A program made the translations under genes and the position numbers. The notes under the pieces were generated by a model. That model was given only the letters and a program-made list of their open reading frames with translations, had not been told where the DNA came from and did not search any database. A stretch of DNA of 64,000 nucleotides from an uncultured Methylomirabilota bacterium (GTDB lineage Bacteria > Methylomirabilota > Methylomirabilia > Methylomirabilales > 2-02-FULL-66-22): positions 2,560,001 to 2,624,000 of the forward strand of contig CAWJSJ010000002.1 in NCBI GenBank assembly GCA_963845565.1, in the 5' to 3' direction. Positions 62,779 to 64,000 of the stretch are shown here, piece by piece. The number at the start of each line of letters is the position of its first letter. The stretch's first letter is position 1.

Positions 62779-64000
62779 CTACCACTCGTCCCGGCGCTCC
62801 GCTGGCGTTCCATCGCGCGTTGCGGCCCGCAGGAAGAAGGGCGCATGGTTCGACGTGAACACCGGGGGATTGCGCGCGAGGATGGCTTTGATGGCGGGGT
62901 CGGCGTTGAACTCGTCCGCCACGAAGGCCCGGACCACGTCCCGGTTCCAGCCGCGGGGGTGGGCGAACTCGCGATAGAGGGAGAGGTCTCCCGGGTAGAA
63001 GGCGCGGGTCGCCAGGCGGGGCGCCTCGGCGCTCGCCGCGGGCAGGTTGAAGAGGGCGACGTTGAGGAAGGCAATTCGGTCCGCGTGCGCGGCGACGAAG
63101 TCCCGCGTCCGGCGGGCGGCGTCGCGGGTCTCCGCCGGTGTGCCGAAGAGGACGTAGAGGAAGACGCCGATCCCCACCCCCGCGAGATTCCGGAGGGCGT
63201 GGTCGATCTGGTCGAGGCGGGTGCCCTTCCCGAGGGCGTCGAGGACCTGCTGATCGGCGGACTCGAGGCCAAGCTGCAGCATGACGCATCCCGAGGCGGC
63301 GAGGCGCCGACAGAAGTCCGGATCGGTCAGGAGCGGAGAAAAACGGGCGAACCCGTACCAGGCGACACCGGGCGGCGCGTCCGCCAGTCCGCGAAGGTAG
63401 AGCGGGGCGATCTCGGTATCCGTGAAATGGAGGAGGCCGGGCGCGTGGCGTGCGACGAGGGCGCCGACCTCCTGCGCCGCGACGGCAACGCGGGTTCCCA
63501 CGTAGCGGCTGGCCTCCGCGGTCTCGGGGCAGAAACTGCAGCGCTTCCAGGGGCACCCGGTCGAGAAGTTGTAGGGCAGTATGCGCGTTGGGGCAAGATA
63601 ATCGAGGGAGGCGAGATCGTCGAAGTCGGGCGGAGCGGTCGCGGCGGCGCGCGGGGCGCCGAGGAGGGCGAGGATCGCCTCCTCGCCCCGCCCGGGCAGG
63701 AGGGCGTCGACCAGGCCGCCGAAGCGCTCGGTCGCGGCAAGCCGTCCCTGCCCGACCCAGGAGGTGATGAGGCCGCCCCCGAGCAGCACGGAGAGATCCG
63801 GGCGGACCGTCTTCAGGAAGCCGATGATGGCAAAGGCGCAGAGGGCTTGACTCAGGTAGTTGACGGAGAGACCGACGGCGCGCGCCGGGAAGGCGGCCAG
63901 CGCGTCGAGGATGCGTGCCTGGAAGCGCGGGAAGAAGACGTTGTCCCGGTAGGCGGCGGCGGCGTCGAGCAGATCGGCGCGCCGCAGCGGCGACCGTCGC
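62779..64000 (-). CDS. B12-binding-domain radical SAM protein (5' end outside the window)
   Basis: Frame open to the window edge; VGLSVNYLSQ...LLGGG, GCPWKRCSFC (CxxxCxxC), LQLGLES, KGT, LFGTPAET. Confidence 0.88.
   Translation of the reverse strand, partial: RRSPLRRADLLDAAAAYRDNVFFPRFQARILDALAAFPARAVGLSVNYLSQALCAFAIIGFLKTVRPDLSVLLGGGLITSWVGQGRLAATERFGGLVDALLPGRGEEAILALLGAPRAAATAPPDFDDLASLDYLAPTRILPYNFSTGCPWKRCSFCPETAEASRYVGTRVAVAAQEVGALVARHAPGLLHFTDTEIAPLYLRGLADAPPGVAWYGFARFSPLLTDPDFCRRLAASGCVMLQLGLESADQQVLDALGKGTRLDQIDHALRNLAGVGIGVFLYVLFGTPAETRDAARRTRDFVAAHADRIAFLNVALFNLPAASAEAPRLATRAFYPGDLSLYREFAHPRGWNRDVVRAFVADEFNADPAIKAILARNPPVFTSNHAPFFLRAATRDGTPAERRDEW

Noticed and set aside
62779..64000. 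B12 radical SAM gene as part of the ladderane-like cluster
   Set aside because: It lies more than 21 kb away, separated by unrelated housekeeping genes.

Overview
High-GC bacterial chromosomal window; gene order and repeat content tentatively suggest Methylomirabilota/NC10-Rokubacteria or a deltaproteobacterium-like lineage (inference only). Housekeeping blocks: ribD-ribE-ribBA-ribH-nusB, rnc-smc-ftsY, trxA plus a complete trpEGDCFBA operon with a candidate single-Trp leader peptide, four minor pilins plus pilMNOPQ-aroC, and gltX-greA-HD-tRNA-Gln-tRNA-Glu. The most notable block (31.1-41.5 kb) is a specialised type II fatty-acid/polyketide cluster: an ArnT-like membrane glycosyltransferase, a PaaK-like adenylating ligase, an exported DUF1571-like protein, an active/inactive ketosynthase pair, an active/inactive FabZ pair, FabG, FabL and an ACP with a ~110-aa insertion. 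It resembles the ladderane-candidate FASII clusters of anammox bacteria. A decaying toxin-antitoxin hot spot follows the tRNAs. Seven copies of a ~106-bp double-hairpin repeat occur, six of them supplying the stop codon of the adjacent gene. There are also two copies of a second MITE-like element and several inverted 7/8-nt tandem arrays. Four genes between 45.8 and 59.2 kb (tatD, gltX, greA, asmA) each carry a +1 frameshift, most likely sequencing errors.
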